A stretch of DNA of 63,991 bases, counting the filler, from Conidiobolus incongruus B7586 (Eukaryota), in assembly GCA_000697335.1 (NCBI GenBank). It is 11 parts of 11 records of this genome, joined end to end, with 100 filler letters (N's around TTAATTAATTAA, not from the genome) between each part and the next. Parts side by side here need not be neighbours in the genome. Positions count along the whole stretch, not along the records: positions 18,982 to 31,364 come from JNEM01006551.1; positions 31,465 to 48,287 come from JNEM01006552.1; 9 more parts are not named here. One strand, 5' to 3'. Both the position numbers and the translations under genes were made by a program. Under the pieces are notes generated by a model. The model made no database searches and was not told the origin of the DNA. It saw nothing but the letters and a program-made list of their open reading frames with translations. Shown one piece after another: positions 24,135-38,278 of the stretch. Numbering within the stretch: position 1 is the first letter of the stretch; each line of letters begins with the position of its first letter.

Positions 24135-25415
24135 GAATGATTATATATAAAAGTAATGAATTGTTTTTAATAAAATAATATTTTTATAAAATTTTGAGAT
24201 TGAATTATTTTTTTTAATTTGATTAAATGAATTTATTATAATTAAGAGATATAATAACTCTAATCTAATTAGAATATTAATTGATTTTTTAATAACAATA
24301 TTATTTAATTATCATATAATTTTTATTTTATAAATTAAAATATTCAATTAGATGAAATAGTTTGAAAGATCAATTTTCTGGAATATTCAATAGTTGAAAA
24401 CCAAAAAAATTGTCCCATATTAGAATAGTTATATATATATATATATTTAAGAGTAACTACAATAAATTTGATTTTCTGATAATATTTGGTATAATGTATA
24501 TTAATTAATGATTAAATATATTTTGACTATTTTTAGAAATTGTATTATAATTTTTGATTAAATTTTTTAAAATATATTGAATCGTAGGCATTTCAGTGTG
24601 AATATATATATTTAAGCCTATTCATAATATTTTGTAGATTGAATTATGTGTATATACTGTGTTAATAGTTTATCAGTTAAAATACGTCCTCTAATTTAAT
24701 TAAATTTAAGAATATAATAATCTTAATTATTAAATCAATATAAATATAACATATAGTGATCAAAAAATTCAATATATATTTATTTTTGATATCAATAGTT
24801 CTATATATGCTAGTATTATATCGATTAATTTATATTAATTTTCTATAAAAACTTAGTAATATTTTATTAATACTATATAGTTGAATATATTTAAATAACT
24901 CAATTTCAATTCTATTGAAAAATGATTTTCTTTATTTGCTTTAATTAAATATTCTATGAATAAATTTGAAATTATCTGTTTCACTTCATATTCAAATAAT
25001 TTTAAGTCTATATTTTTGAATTCTATTGTATTCTTATACAAGTATTTCGTGAAATTTTAACTTTTTTAAGTTATTTTAGACAAATATAATCACGAGATCT
25101 TTTGCATTAAAAATCTTGAAAAAACCGATAAAGGTTATAGTATCTGTTCATCTGAAACTCTCATATATAGAATAATTACCTGTTAACGACTGTTCTACAT
25201 AAAAAGATTGATAATTTCTAGATATATTTCACCATTTTTCAAATCATATTTTTCAAATTTGTTCATATGAATGTTATGATTCATAACTTTTTGATGTTAA
25301 ACAACTCCTGTTTAAAATTCTCCACACATGCTATTTTAAAATCACACATAGTGTAGTATAAATTTAAAGTTTTTCCAATTCACTCTACAATTAAAAATTA
25401 GCATTTCTGTACAAA

Positions 25416-27324
25416 ATGATTGAATTAATTTGTGCTTTAATATTGATTTATGTTGTTAATAAACTTTATCAAGTATTCAAATGCCCTGAAGAGTTAAAGC
25501 ATTTGCCAACCATATCAGCTTATGAGTTTTTGCGCACTTTTGCGAGTTCTGCACCTTTTGATATAAAAATGAATAGTTATGTCGGTCCTATGTTGGATAA
25601 ATATGGAGTTGTTAAAGTAATATTTCAATTTATTCATGTCTTATCCTATAGGTATTAATGTATTGATTAGGTTTTTTGGGTATATGGATGGACTGTTGTA
25701 ATCGGAGATCCTCAAATTGCTAAACAAATATTTAGCAAACCAGGTATTTGGTCTAATAACTACACCCTTATTTTTTATTAATATTTTATTTTAGATAAAT
25801 TTGTCAAAAAGAATCCCAATATCACTAATTTCAGCCCCCTAACTCAAATATTTTTTGGCAAAGAACAAATCAATAATGTTAATGGAGAGGTAATTATTAT
25901 AATAAAATATAGTCTAAAGTGTTAATATTATCAATTATGAAGACTTGGAAAAGAATGAAAAAAGCAATGAATCCTATATTTAATCAATCTTGGTCTGTTA
26001 ATATTTTTGCCAACTGTGTAAAACAAGTAATCGACAAATGGGGTCAAACTGATGGAGAATCAGTGCCTATTCACAATATGATTCAAAGGTAAGTATAAAA
26101 AAATAGTTAATCACATCAGTTAAATAAATATAATTATTTGTATAATTTAGATTGACATTAGATGTACTGGGCCTCATTATGTTCAATACGGATTTTGAAG
26201 TAATTAAACAATTAAATACACTCTGAAAAAAATCTAATACTTTTATGTCAATAGTCCGTAAAAAATCCGGATGCCAAACTATTCAGACAATATCATCATA
26301 TTTCCGAACAATTATTATTAAATCCTCACTATATTATATTTCCAATTCTGGAATACATTCCTTTTTTTAGGAGACCTGAATTTGTCAAAATACTTACTGA
26401 GTACGACGATTTCATAACTTATTTGGTCAAACAAAAAAAATCACAACTACAAAATAATACAAAATATAGCAGTGAAGATTTGTTAAGCTCCTTAATCGTA
26501 TCTACTCAAGGAAATGGTGAGCCTTTATTTTCAGATGCTGAAATTAAGGTATAAATATCACATTTAATAATTACAAATTTATATAATTCAAAAATTAGGA
26601 TAACTTAAAAGGATTAATTATAGCTGGTCACGATACCACTTCAAATACTCTGTCCTTTACTCTGTATTATTTGGCAAAATATCCTGTAACAATATAATAT
26701 ATAACTGATAAATATAATATTTAATAACCAACATTCATTATAGGATATTCAAGAAAAACTAAGATCTGAAATATTGCAAGTATTAAATCAACCAACTGCT
26801 GTTACCGATCCAACAGTGAATCAGCTCAAACAAATGGAATACCTAAATATGGTCATTAAAGAATCAATGCGTATTAGCACTACAACCAGCGCTATAGACC
26901 GAATTAATAATATTCCAGTGCAATTGACAGATTATATCTATTTACCAGAAAAAACTCCTCTCATCATGCATATGTGGCACATTCACAGAAATTCCAATTA
27001 TTTCCCAAACCCTGAAGTATTTGATCCAGAAAGATTCCGAGATCCTGTCAGCGATCAAAGTAAAAACTGGATTCCTTTTACTTTTGGACCCAGAATTTGT
27101 AAATAATATATATATATAATTTAGATTTAATGAGTATTAATTAAGTAATAGGTCCTGGAATGTCTATGTCATTAATGGAACAAAGAGTTACCTTAGTATT
27201 ATTGTTACAAAAATTTGAATTTAGTATTCAACCTGGAGACCCTAATTATGAGAGATTAGAATTAAATCAAGCTGGTCTCATTCGTCCTAAACATTTGAAA
27301 TTAGTTATTAAACGAAGAATGTAG
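25416..27324 (+). CDS. Cytochrome P450, copy B, 9 exons
   Basis: Same intron positions as copy A. The spliced frame is open, with AGHDTT, KESMR, FDPERF and FTFGPRIC-PG. TAG stop at 27322-27324. Confidence 0.93.
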
Positions 27325-28445
27325 TTATCAAAATTTATCATCTTGAATTGTTTGGAATAAAGTATATGTATATAGAATATTAATATTGAATTTTAATGAA
27401 TATTTAATAAACATTATTAAGGTCATTAATTTGTCAAATTAAATTTTAGAGATTGAATTTCTTTGATATAATAATAATAATAATAATAATAATTTTTAAT
27501 AAGAAATAATATATATTATATGAATTAAATATTAGACTAAGTAATAATTGAGTTTCAAATTATTTGTAAATTAAATCATCATATATAAAATTGAGTATAA
27601 TCACTAATATCTAATTTTCGATCAATTAATACATTATATTCGTAACCAATTTGTTGAGCAATATTGTAATAAAATAAATATTTAACCCTCAATATTAGAT
27701 TCCGTAAATATCCTACGGATTAAAAATTTCAATGAATTTACAATGATTTGATCATTTACAACTTACACATTTTTGTAATGGAATGTTGACATTGTGTCAA
27801 ATTTATATTTCCAATTTTATTCAAAAATAAGTTATTTATAATTCTATTCAAATTAATTTGGTTAAAATATTAATAATTTGTATATAACTTTATTTCTAAA
27901 ACTAATATTAAGATAAGGGTTTAATATTTGGATTGGTTGGTACTTGGATATATTAGACAAAAACTGATTATATTTACATATCGTTTTTTACCGAAATATT
28001 TTATTAACATCTCATTTTTCCCAAATAAAATTTGCGGTAATTTCAATAAAGGAAAGGATTTATCATTCTTTTTTATTTAATATATGATCTTAAAATTCTC
28101 AAATCCAAAATTACTCATTTTTCAATACTTTGGTTAAAATATTATATTGATATATAGCTAAATTTTGAATGATTACTTAACTGATTTCAACTAAACCAAA
28201 TATTCAGATGAATTTTCAAACAATACTTAGTTTTTAATATAAACTGCCCAGAGTTGAAAATTTTCATATTAATCAATTTAATTGAAACCACAAACAAATT
28301 CAAATATTTGGATTAATTAAATTAGAAAGTAAATAATTCAGGTAATCGTGGATATTAGGCACCGATAATTATCCTAAAATTAGCAATCTAATTTACTATA
28401 AATACAACTCAGATCAGTGATCATCTTATCAATAAAAATTGCAAA

Positions 28446-30348
28446 ATGAGTGAAAATTTATCTCATTGTTTATTAGCTCTTATTTCAGCTTATGCAGGTT
28501 ACAAAATTTATAATACTTTGAAATGTCCTAAGGATATAGAATCTATAGCACCAATTTCCATTTTCACATTTTTTAATTTTGCATTCTCTCAAATGGGATT
28601 TGATAAAAAGGTTGAGGAATTCATTGGGCCTGCGTTGGATAAACATGGCATTATAAGAGTAAGTTATTAAAATTTTATTCAACTATTGAATAGATTATAT
28701 TATTTTTCCATTCATTTAGTTTTGGCAACCTTCTGGTTGGGGAGTTGTTATTGGAGATCCTGTATTATCTAAGAAAGTGTTTACTAATTCAGGTAAAACT
28801 CAATATCTAAAATCATAGATAGTCTGAGTGTTAATACTTGGAATTATAGATGTTTGTATCAAGAAGGAGGACAGTGCTATTATCTCAAATCCCCACTCCG
28901 CTCTATTTTTTGGAAAAGAACAAATCGCTAATGTCAATGGAGAGGTAGAATATTTCTATCAACAATATTTCTTTTATTAACAAAATCAAGGATTGGAAAC
29001 GAATGAGAAAATTGATGAATCCTTTATTTCACCAAACTTGGTCCATTAATATGTTAGCATCCTGTACTAGGGAAGTAATTGATTATTGGAGCCAAACTGA
29101 TGGAAAATTAATCGATGTTCATGACATGATTCAAAAGTAATAACACCATTCAATGCAATTATGTAATTATTAAAAGAAGCTATAGGATGACTTTGGATGT
29201 ATTAGGACATTCCATTTTTAATATGGATTTCGAGGTAAATAACAGCATTTCATAATATCAATTTAACATTAATCATGTATCTTAGTCTGTTAAAGATTCC
29301 AACTCAAAATTATTCAATCGTTACCATTCCATCTCCCAGGAACTATTCGGCAACTTTATTTATTTATTTTTCCCAATTTTAGAAAAATTGCCCTTCATGA
29401 GAAGACCTAAATTCACTGAACAAGTCAATGAATATGATAACTTTGTTAAAGAAATGATTCAGAAGAGAAAGGAAGAATTAAAACTGAATCCCAACACTGA
29501 AAAGCAGGATTTATTGACTTTATTGATTCAATCTTCTCAGGAGGATGGTCAGAGTTTAATGGCCGATATTGAAGTCAAGGTAACTCATAGTATTGATTCT
29601 TTGGATGTTAAATTTTAATTTTGGTTCAAATAGGATAATTTGAAGGCTATGTTTATTGCTGGTCATGATACTACTTCCAATACATTGTCAGCCACTTTGT
29701 ATTATTTGGCTAGATATCCTGTAAGAATATTCACTTAATGCGCTCAACCTAGCTAATCATTATTTAGGAGGTTCAAACTAAACTTAGAGAAGAAATTTTG
29801 CAGGTTCTTGGCAATCCCACTCAATTAACCAACCCAACCTTAGATCAACTCAAACAGATGGAATATATCAATATGGTAATTAAAGAATCTATGCGTATTA
29901 TGAATACAGCCAGTATTATTGAGCGCGAGACCAATGCTCCATTCCAATTGACGGATTCTATCTGCTTACCTCCCAAAACATCTATCCTCTTAATGATGTG
30001 GCAAGTTCATAACAATTCCCAATATTATAAAAATCCTAGAGTTTTCGATCCAGAGAGATTTAGAGATCATCACAGTGTTGAGAGTAAACAGTGGCAACCT
30101 TTTATTACTGGACCAAGAGCTTGTAAGTTTTAATTTTAAATTATTGAATACTTTAATCTTACTTTATATGAATAGGTATTGGTATGACATTATCATTACT
30201 TGAACAACGTGTCAGTTTAGTGTTATTATTACAAAAATTTGTATTCAGTATTGACCCTAGTAACCCTGATTATCATCATTTAAGATTAACACCAGCTGGC
30301 GTAATTAAACCTAAAGACCTTAAACTTGACCTTATTCCTCGTATTTAA
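28446..30348 (+). CDS. Cytochrome P450, copy C, 9 exons
   Basis: Same exon structure, with AGHDTT, KESMR, FDPERF and FITGPRAC-IG. TAA at 30346-30348. Confidence 0.93.
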
Positions 30349-31464
30349 TGAAATAAATCTTTTTGATACCTTATAAGTTCAATAACAGTAAGATATAACT
30401 GATTCTAATAATTTTCACAATTTTTTAAATTTCGCAACACGTTTAAATAAGCATTTCCATCTCTAAGTTACCCTTTAAATAATTTCATTTGATATGATCA
30501 TAAAATTTTTGGATAAACCTAATTTCACTGCTTATAGAATTTAAACTGATTGTGAGCACATTTATCAATATTTAATCATAGTCTTGATAAACTATCATTT
30601 GTAGCTCAAATACTTGGATATTATTCTATAATTATATTTAGTTCCAATCAATATAATATTTAATGTACTATTTTTATTCTTAGTTCAAAATAAATAATTC
30701 TACGTTTTTGTATTTAAATGATAAAAAAGTCCAAACCTGGTTAATAAGATTTAAGGATTGGGATAAGGGTAGAAAAGTTAGAACGATATGAATCCTAGGT
30801 GGATTCAGGCTTTCCTTAGTCTTGGATATTAAATAACGTTTTTATTTAAGGACCAATAATATCTGGCTTAAAATATAAATAATATAAAAAATAATAACTT
30901 AATTAATAAGTTTAATATATTTAGAAACTTCTCTTAATAATTTTGCAATATAAAATTCAAATTATATAAAAATATTTTAATTTCTAAATCTTATAAAAAT
31001 AAATATAAAAAGAAGTATCATCAAAGCTATTTTTGGTAATATTAACACTTTTTATAATTATTAATATTAATTAGTTCAATTTCCTTAATGATAATAAAAT
31101 ATTTTGAAAATTAATAATAAATAATAAAAATATAAATATAATATATCAATAATCAATTATTATTCAGTTTTATTCCATATATATATATAAATTCATAATT
31201 ACTTAAAAAATAAAAAAAATAATAAAATCATATTATAATAATAGTATATAATTAGCTATAATTTAAAATAGTTTTATAATAAAATATATTTGATCTAAAA
31301 TATTAATATTTAATCATAAGTTTTTTATGATAAAATGATAAAAACAAAATAATACTAATTATTTNNNNNNNNNNNNNNNNNNNNNNNNNNNNNNNNNNNN
31401 NNNNNNNNTTAATTAATTAANNNNNNNNNNNNNNNNNNNNNNNNNNNNNNNNNNNNNNNNNNNN

Positions 31465-32423
31465 TTAAATTAAAAAGATATTATTTTATTTAAATTTATT
31501 ATTTATTATAAAATTCATTATTTTGAAGTTAAAATGGATATTATTTAAAATTTACTTAAATTTAAAAAATTAATTTTTATTATTATTTTTTATTTAGTTA
31601 AAGAATTATTAAAGTAATTTAATATTAATTATATAAGCATATTATATATAATTAAGTTTGAATTTAAATTAATTAATAAATATATAATATAAATACTTTA
31701 TAATTAAATAAAATATTAAAAAAATTAAAATAGTTATAGTTCAATTAAATTTATCAAAGTATAATTAAAAATAAATTTTTTTTATAATAAATCCTTATAG
31801 TTAATAAATTTTAATTTATTTATATAATTTTTTATTTAAAAATATAACAAAATATTAAGTTAAATTAATCCCTTTTATAAATTTTAATGAATATATATTT
31901 TAAATATAAATAAATATTAATTATGATAATAAATTATAATAATATATAGCTCTTTTATCTAATACTTTAAAAAAAATTAATTAATATTAAACTTTATATT
32001 ATTTTTTAAATATAATAATTTTTAAATAATATTCTCAATTTAAATTAAAAATACCTATTATTTTATATAATAAATATATAATATATAAAGTTAAAATTAT
32101 AAAAGATTCTTTATATAAAAAAATTAGAGAAAGTTATTATATTTAATATATTTACTTGATTATAACTTATGTAATTATGATTATTTTAGATAATTAAAAA
32201 TTAGCTTATAAAAAATTCCTATAAATAAATTAAATTAGTTTATAAAATATCAAATTTCAGTTTTTAAGAAAAAAAACTATTTTTTAAGTGTTAAAAACTT
32301 GTTAAAGATACAAAAAAGAGTTATTAATAATAAAAGAGAGTATTAATTTTATATATTACATTAATTTATTTGTTTAATTTTAATTACAAAATTGTGCTAT
32401 TACTTAATTTCTATATAAATAGT
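31465..32423 (+). mobile_element. Mariner transposon (second subfamily), 3' part
   Basis: Matches the reverse complement of ~17671-18630 and ends ~190 nt upstream of the P450 copy D start codon. Confidence 0.7.
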
Positions 32424-32613
32424 ATTATTTTAACTTGCAACCTATCCCATAATATTAACTGTTTTCAGAATAAAAGTCTTATTAGTTGATTTTTTCTAAG
32501 GAAACTTTTTGTCCTGTATTTTAATACACCTCAATTTTGAGGACAGAAGATATATTAGTCTTAAAATCTAATAGATTTTTATTCTCTCCCTAAATATATT
32601 TTAAATTTTTAAA

Positions 32614-34508
32614 ATGTACGAGTGGATAATTTCACTAATTTCAATTTATTCTGGATATAAAGTGTATAAGTTTTTGAAATGTCCCAAAGAACTGGAGCAT
32701 ATTCCATCATGCTCTATGCTCACACTATTTCAATTTGCAACTAGTAAAATCGGTTTTGATTTGAAGATGGAAGAACATTTGGGGCCTTTGTTGGACAAGT
32801 ATGGTGTCGTTAGAGTATGTTATATACATATTTATAATGATTAATTAATTTATTCGCTGAAATACAGTACTGGGGTCCTAATGGATGGTCCATCATGGTA
32901 GCTGATCCAGTAATTACTAAGACTATATTCGCCAATACAGGTATTTTTGTAGAACATTCAATCAAACGGTTTTAATTAAATTTTTGATAGATATATTTCA
33001 AAAGAAGAGTGATAATGTTATTAGTTCAAATCCTCATTCTTCTATGTTCTTTGGAAAGGATCATATCGGTAACTTAAATGGAGAGGTAATGTTAAATTTT
33101 CATTTTGGTAAAATATATCGCTGAAATTAATATATGTTAGGATTGGAAAAGAGTGAGAAAATTAATGAATCCTTTGTTTCATCAAACTTGGTCTATTGAT
33201 ATGTTAGCATCGTGTACCAGAGAAGTAATTGATTGTTGGAGTCAAACCGATGGTAAATTGATAGATATTCACGATATGATTCAAAAGTCATAATTCTATT
33301 CTATTCAATTATGTAATTATTAATCAAAATTTACAGGATGACTTTGGATGTACTTGGGTATTCTATTTTTAGTATAGATTTTGAAGTAAGCATTAAAATA
33401 TAACTATATCTATTTAATATTATCCATATACTTTAGTCTGTTAAAGATCCCAGCTCCAAGCTATTTAATCTCTATCATTCCATTTCCGAAGAACTGTTTG
33501 GCAATTTTATCTATTTATTTTTTCCAATTCTTGAGAAGTTGCCTTTCTTTAAAAGACCCAAGTTAACTCAACAAGTCATCGAATATGATAACTTTATAAA
33601 GGAAATAATTGAGAATAGAAGAAAAGAATTAAAATCAAATTTGAAGACTGAAAAGCAGGATTTATTAACTTTATTAATTCAAGCAACCCAAGAAGATGGT
33701 CAAACTTTTATGTCTGATAATGAAATTAAGGTAATTCTATCAATCAATCTGTATAATGGATTTAGCATTAATATATTATATAATACTTAGGATAATTTGA
33801 AATCATTTATTATCGCGGGCCATGATACCACTGCTAATACCCTTACAACTACTCTGTATTTTTTAGCTAAATATCCAGTAATACAAATTATAAGTTTACA
33901 AACTATTATTGTATTTAATTAAGAATTAGGATGTTCAAGATAAGCTAAGAAATGAAATTTTGCATGTACTAGGGCATCCTACAGTTTTAACCAATCCAAC
34001 ACTGGATCAATTAAAGCAAATGGACTATCTTAATATGGTCATTAAAGAATCTATGAGAATCATACCAACTGCCAGTTTATTTGAAAGAGAAAATTCAGCA
34101 CCATTTCAACTTACCAATTCCATCTATTTGCCAGTTAAGACCCCTATCTTTTTAATGATGTGGCAAGTACATCACCAATCAAAGTATTTTCCAAATTCAA
34201 AGATTTTCAACCCTGAAAGATTTCAAGATAATCATGGTTTAGAAAGTAAAGCTTGGCAACCTTTTATCACTGGACCTCGAACTTGTAAGCCTTCTAAGTA
34301 TCAATTTATACTATTTTTTAATTCTTTTTGAATAGGTATTGGAATGACTTTATCACTAATGGAACAGAGAGTCAGTTTGGTGCTGTTATTACAAAAATTT
34401 ATATTCAGTATACAACCTGATAACCCCGATTTTGATCACCTTAGATTGACACCAAGCGGTATTATTCGGCCTATTGACCTTCATTTGGATATCATTCAAA
34501 GAATTTAA
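32614..34508 (+). CDS. Cytochrome P450, copy D, 9 exons
   Basis: Same exon structure, with AGHDTT, KESMR, FNPERF and FITGPRTC-IG. TAA at 34506-34508. Confidence 0.93.
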
Positions 34509-34588
34509 GTCCAATATTTTCACTTATCTGATATTCAAATTTCAATCATTTTTTTTGTTAATTCTTAGATATGATTAAATAAAAATAT

Positions 34589-34922
34589 TGTCACGGGCCG
34601 GAGGACCCGTTCGTCCTTAACAATTCAATTCATTCGAGAACCCCGTCACAGATCCACCTGCAACGTGACCACAAAATACACCCGAGCAATGCATTCAATC
34701 GTTTCATCCGACGTACGGTTCGTACGCTGGGAAGATACGTCAAGCAAACTATAAATATGCTGACTACAACCAAGTTATCACGTCGGTTTTCTTCCTAGGG
34801 TACAGCCCAATAATCCAGGTTAAACAATAAATTACCCCTTTTATATCACCAAACAGGTGCCATCCCGGAAGACAACTATTTACTTAAAAGTTATTGGATA
34901 CTTGACTTCCCAGCCAGTGTCA
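34589..34922 (+). mobile_element. Solo LTR (334 bp), probably Ty3/Gypsy-type
   Basis: GC- and CpG-rich island running TGTCAC...GTGTCA, with 4-bp direct flanks ATAT (34585-34588 and 34923-34926), an internal TATAAATA (~34750) and AATAAA (~34826). Confidence 0.75.
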
Positions 34923-34927
34923 ATATA

Positions 34928-36082
34928 TTACTTTCTAATTTAAATTATGGGAATTTTTTATTATCAAAAAAATAAAAATTTTAATATATAATATATAAAA
35001 ATAAATATATAATATAAAATTAATACTTTTTTTATTATTAATAATTTTTTGCTATACTTTTAATAAATTTTTTAATACTTAAAAAATAAATCTTTTAAAG
35101 ATTAAAATTTAATATTTTATAAGCCAATTAAATTTCTTGTGGAAATTTTCTTTCTTGTAAGCTAGTTTTTTAATTATTTAAAATAATTATAATAATATAA
35201 GTTATAATTTAAAAAATATATTAGATATAGTAATTTCTTCTAGTTGTTTTTAATTAGAAAATTATTTATAACTTTAACTTTATATATTTTATATTTATTA
35301 TGTAAAATACTAGGTTTTTTTAAATTATATTAAAAATACTAATTGAAAATAATTTTAATTAAAAAAATAATATAAAATTTATTATTAATTAATTGTCTTT
35401 AAAAATTAATTTAAAATAACATATATTATTATATAATATTATAATAATTAACATTTGTTAATTAATAAAATATTTAAAGGAATTTTTAAAAGAGGTTAAT
35501 TTAACTTAATATTTTGTTTTATTTTTAAGTAAAAAATTATATAAAAAGATTTAAAATTTATTAATTTAAGTTTAAACTTGAATACATATAAAATACTTAT
35601 ATAATTCTTATTAAAATAATTTAATAATTTTTTAATTAAAATAAAGAGATACTTTTTAATATATTTTTTAACTTGATCTATAATTAAAAAAATAATTAAA
35701 ATTAAACTTTTGAATTTTAACAAGTTTTAAATATTTTTTCTTTTAGTTTTAAAATAATTTATCTAATAATAAATAATTAAATTATATAATATTTTATTAA
35801 CAAAAGTTAATTATTAATCTTAAATAATTTTAAAGGGTTTATAATTAAGTTTTATTAATGTTAATATTAAAAACTTTTAATAATTATTATTTAATTTATA
35901 TATAATTAAATTAAATAACAAATTTTAAAAAATTAATTTATTTATTAAAAAAGCTATTATATATATATAGTTTAAAACTATATATTTTTTAATCTGTTTT
36001 GTATGTTTTATTATTCATTACTAATAATTTGTTTGAAAAATTAAAAATTAAAAAATTTTACATTTATTTAAATTTAAAATAA
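34928..36082 (-). mobile_element. Mariner transposon, both ends present, extremely AT-degraded
   Basis: TA-flanked. Both ends match the TTAC...ATGGGAA(A)TTT terminal repeat, and the body is collinear with 13648-14850. Confidence 0.8.
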
Positions 36083-36438
36083 TATTTGTAAGATTTTTCA
36101 AAGTATAATAATTTATTAAATTTATACCAAATAATTAACTTGCTTTGATTTTAATAAATACTATTCAAAATTATATAATAAACTTTATAATAGAATAATA
36201 TATATTTGATATATTTTACAAATAGAATATATTAAAATTTAATATTATTTTATTGATAATTAATAGTTTATTTTTAATAATATAAACCATATATTTAAAT
36301 CCAATATCAACTATACAATGAATTTTACAATAAATTAATTCTGTTAATTTCACTTAAATTTGAAAACATTTTATTCTAATATTTAATTAGTGTAAATAGG
36401 TTACCAAGATAATAGGATAATTCAAACTAAATTCAAAA

Positions 36439-38278
36439 ATGTACAAGTGGATCCTATTGATCTTATCAATTTATTCCAGTCAAAAAATTTATCAACTTTG
36501 AAAATGTCCTAATGAATTACAAGATATCACAAGTGGTGTTCTATTGGATTTTTTAGTTTGCTATTTCCAAGGATAGATTCGATAAGAAGATGGAAAAGAA
36601 ATTAGGTCCTTTAATAGATAAACATTGAGTTGTTACAGTAATTGGAATTTGATTATCTAATATATTAGGGTATTCTAATAGATTCAAATAGTTTTGGACG
36701 CCTACAGGATGGGCTTTTGCAATTGGTGATTCTTTAGCTACTAAATCAATCTATACCAATTCTGGTAATAATATTTTATACATTTCATTGATTTTTAAAT
36801 AAATTTATTGACATCAGTATAGATGTATTTGAGAAGAGAGAAACCGATATCTTTATGTCAAATCCCCATGCTGCTTTGTTCTTTGGAACTGACCAGATTG
36901 TTGATGTTAATGGAGAGGTAACATACCAAATAATATTTTAGATATTATTAACCAAGCTCATATTATTAGAATTGGAAAAGGATGAGGATATTAATGAATC
37001 CTTTATTCCATCAGTCATGGTCCATTGAAATGCTATCATCATATAGCAGAGATGTCATTGACAATTGGAGCCAAACTTACGGCCAAATAATCGAAATTAA
37101 AGACACGATTCAAAAGTATATATAAATATATCTATAGGGTATTTATATACTAATTATTTTATTTAGATTGACCTTGGAAGCATTGGGCCATGCTATTTTC
37201 AATATGGATTTTGAAGTAGTATCAATTATTTATATTATATTTTTAGTATTAATCAATATAATTAGTCTTTAAAAATCCTCATCCTAAATTATTCAATTGA
37301 TATAATTCTATCAATGAAGAATTCTTGGGAAATTTTGTTTATATTTTCTTACCAGTTTTAGGAAAGTTACCATTCTTTCGAAGACCTCAATTCTCTCAAA
37401 AAGTTAATAAGAATGATCAATTTGTTATAGATTTGATACAAAAGAGAATTCAAGAATTAAAGAAGATGGTCACGATTTACTCACTTTAATAATTAAAGCT
37501 TCTTAAGAAAATAGTGAAAGTTTAGTGACCCAGAATGAAATTTGTGTAATATTATACACAAATAAAATTCATTTGATATGAATAATAATTTGAAAGCTCT
37601 CTTTACGCTGGTAATGATACTACTAATACACTTACCAATATATTATATTACCTGGCAAAATATCCTGTAAATAATTATTCACTTATTATATGATAATGTA
37701 ATTAATTATTATTTTATATCAAATTCAAGATAAATTAAGGTCAGAAAACTTATATATTTTAAATAATCCCACTATGGATTAGTTAAAATTAATGGAATGT
37801 TTAAATATAGTGATTAAAGAATCTATGTCTATTATGACAGCTGCTAACGTCATAAAACGTGAAAATACCAGTCCATTCAATTTAACCAACTCGATTTTAT
37901 ACATGAAAACTACTCTATTCTTGATTATGTGGCATATTCATTATAATTCTAATTATTTTCCCGAACCAAATGTATTTGATCATGAGAGATACAGTTATCA
38001 TCACGATCAACAGAGTAAATATGGCAGCCTTTCATTATTGGGCCTAGAATATGTAAGTTTATTATACTTAATTCATAGAATTTGATGTTAAATATTAAAT
38101 GGGTATTGAGATGAGTTTATCTATAATGATACAAAGAGTCGCTTTGGTGTTATTGTTACCAAAATTCATATTTAGTATTGACTCAAATAACTCTGATTAT
38201 GATAGTTTGAGAATAGTTCAGCTGGAATGATCCAACCAAAAGATCCCAAATTAAATATCAGAGCTAAAATTCAATTAA
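36439..38278 (+). pseudogene. Cytochrome P450 pseudogene, full length
   Basis: All 9 exons are traceable. Lesions include a frameshift and stop in exon 1, stops at ~37298 and ~37504, deletions, AGHDTT changed to AGNDTT, ExxR changed to ESMS, and a frameshift before the heme motif. Confidence 0.88.

Noticed and set aside
30789..30807. Perfect hairpin TGAATCC-N5-GGATTCA in a GC-richer patch
   Set aside because: An isolated short palindrome with no supporting context.
22233..34508. P450 array as a secondary-metabolite biosynthetic cluster
   Set aside because: No PKS, NRPS, terpene cyclase or tailoring/transporter genes are in the window. It is a paralog array.
35496..35723. Short I/K/L/N/Y/F-rich ORFs (also 677-877, 19210-19488, 20757-20939, 24853-25041, 45173-45406, 58940-59125)
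   Set aside because: Chance ORFs of AT-rich DNA or TE remnants, with no recognisable intact protein.
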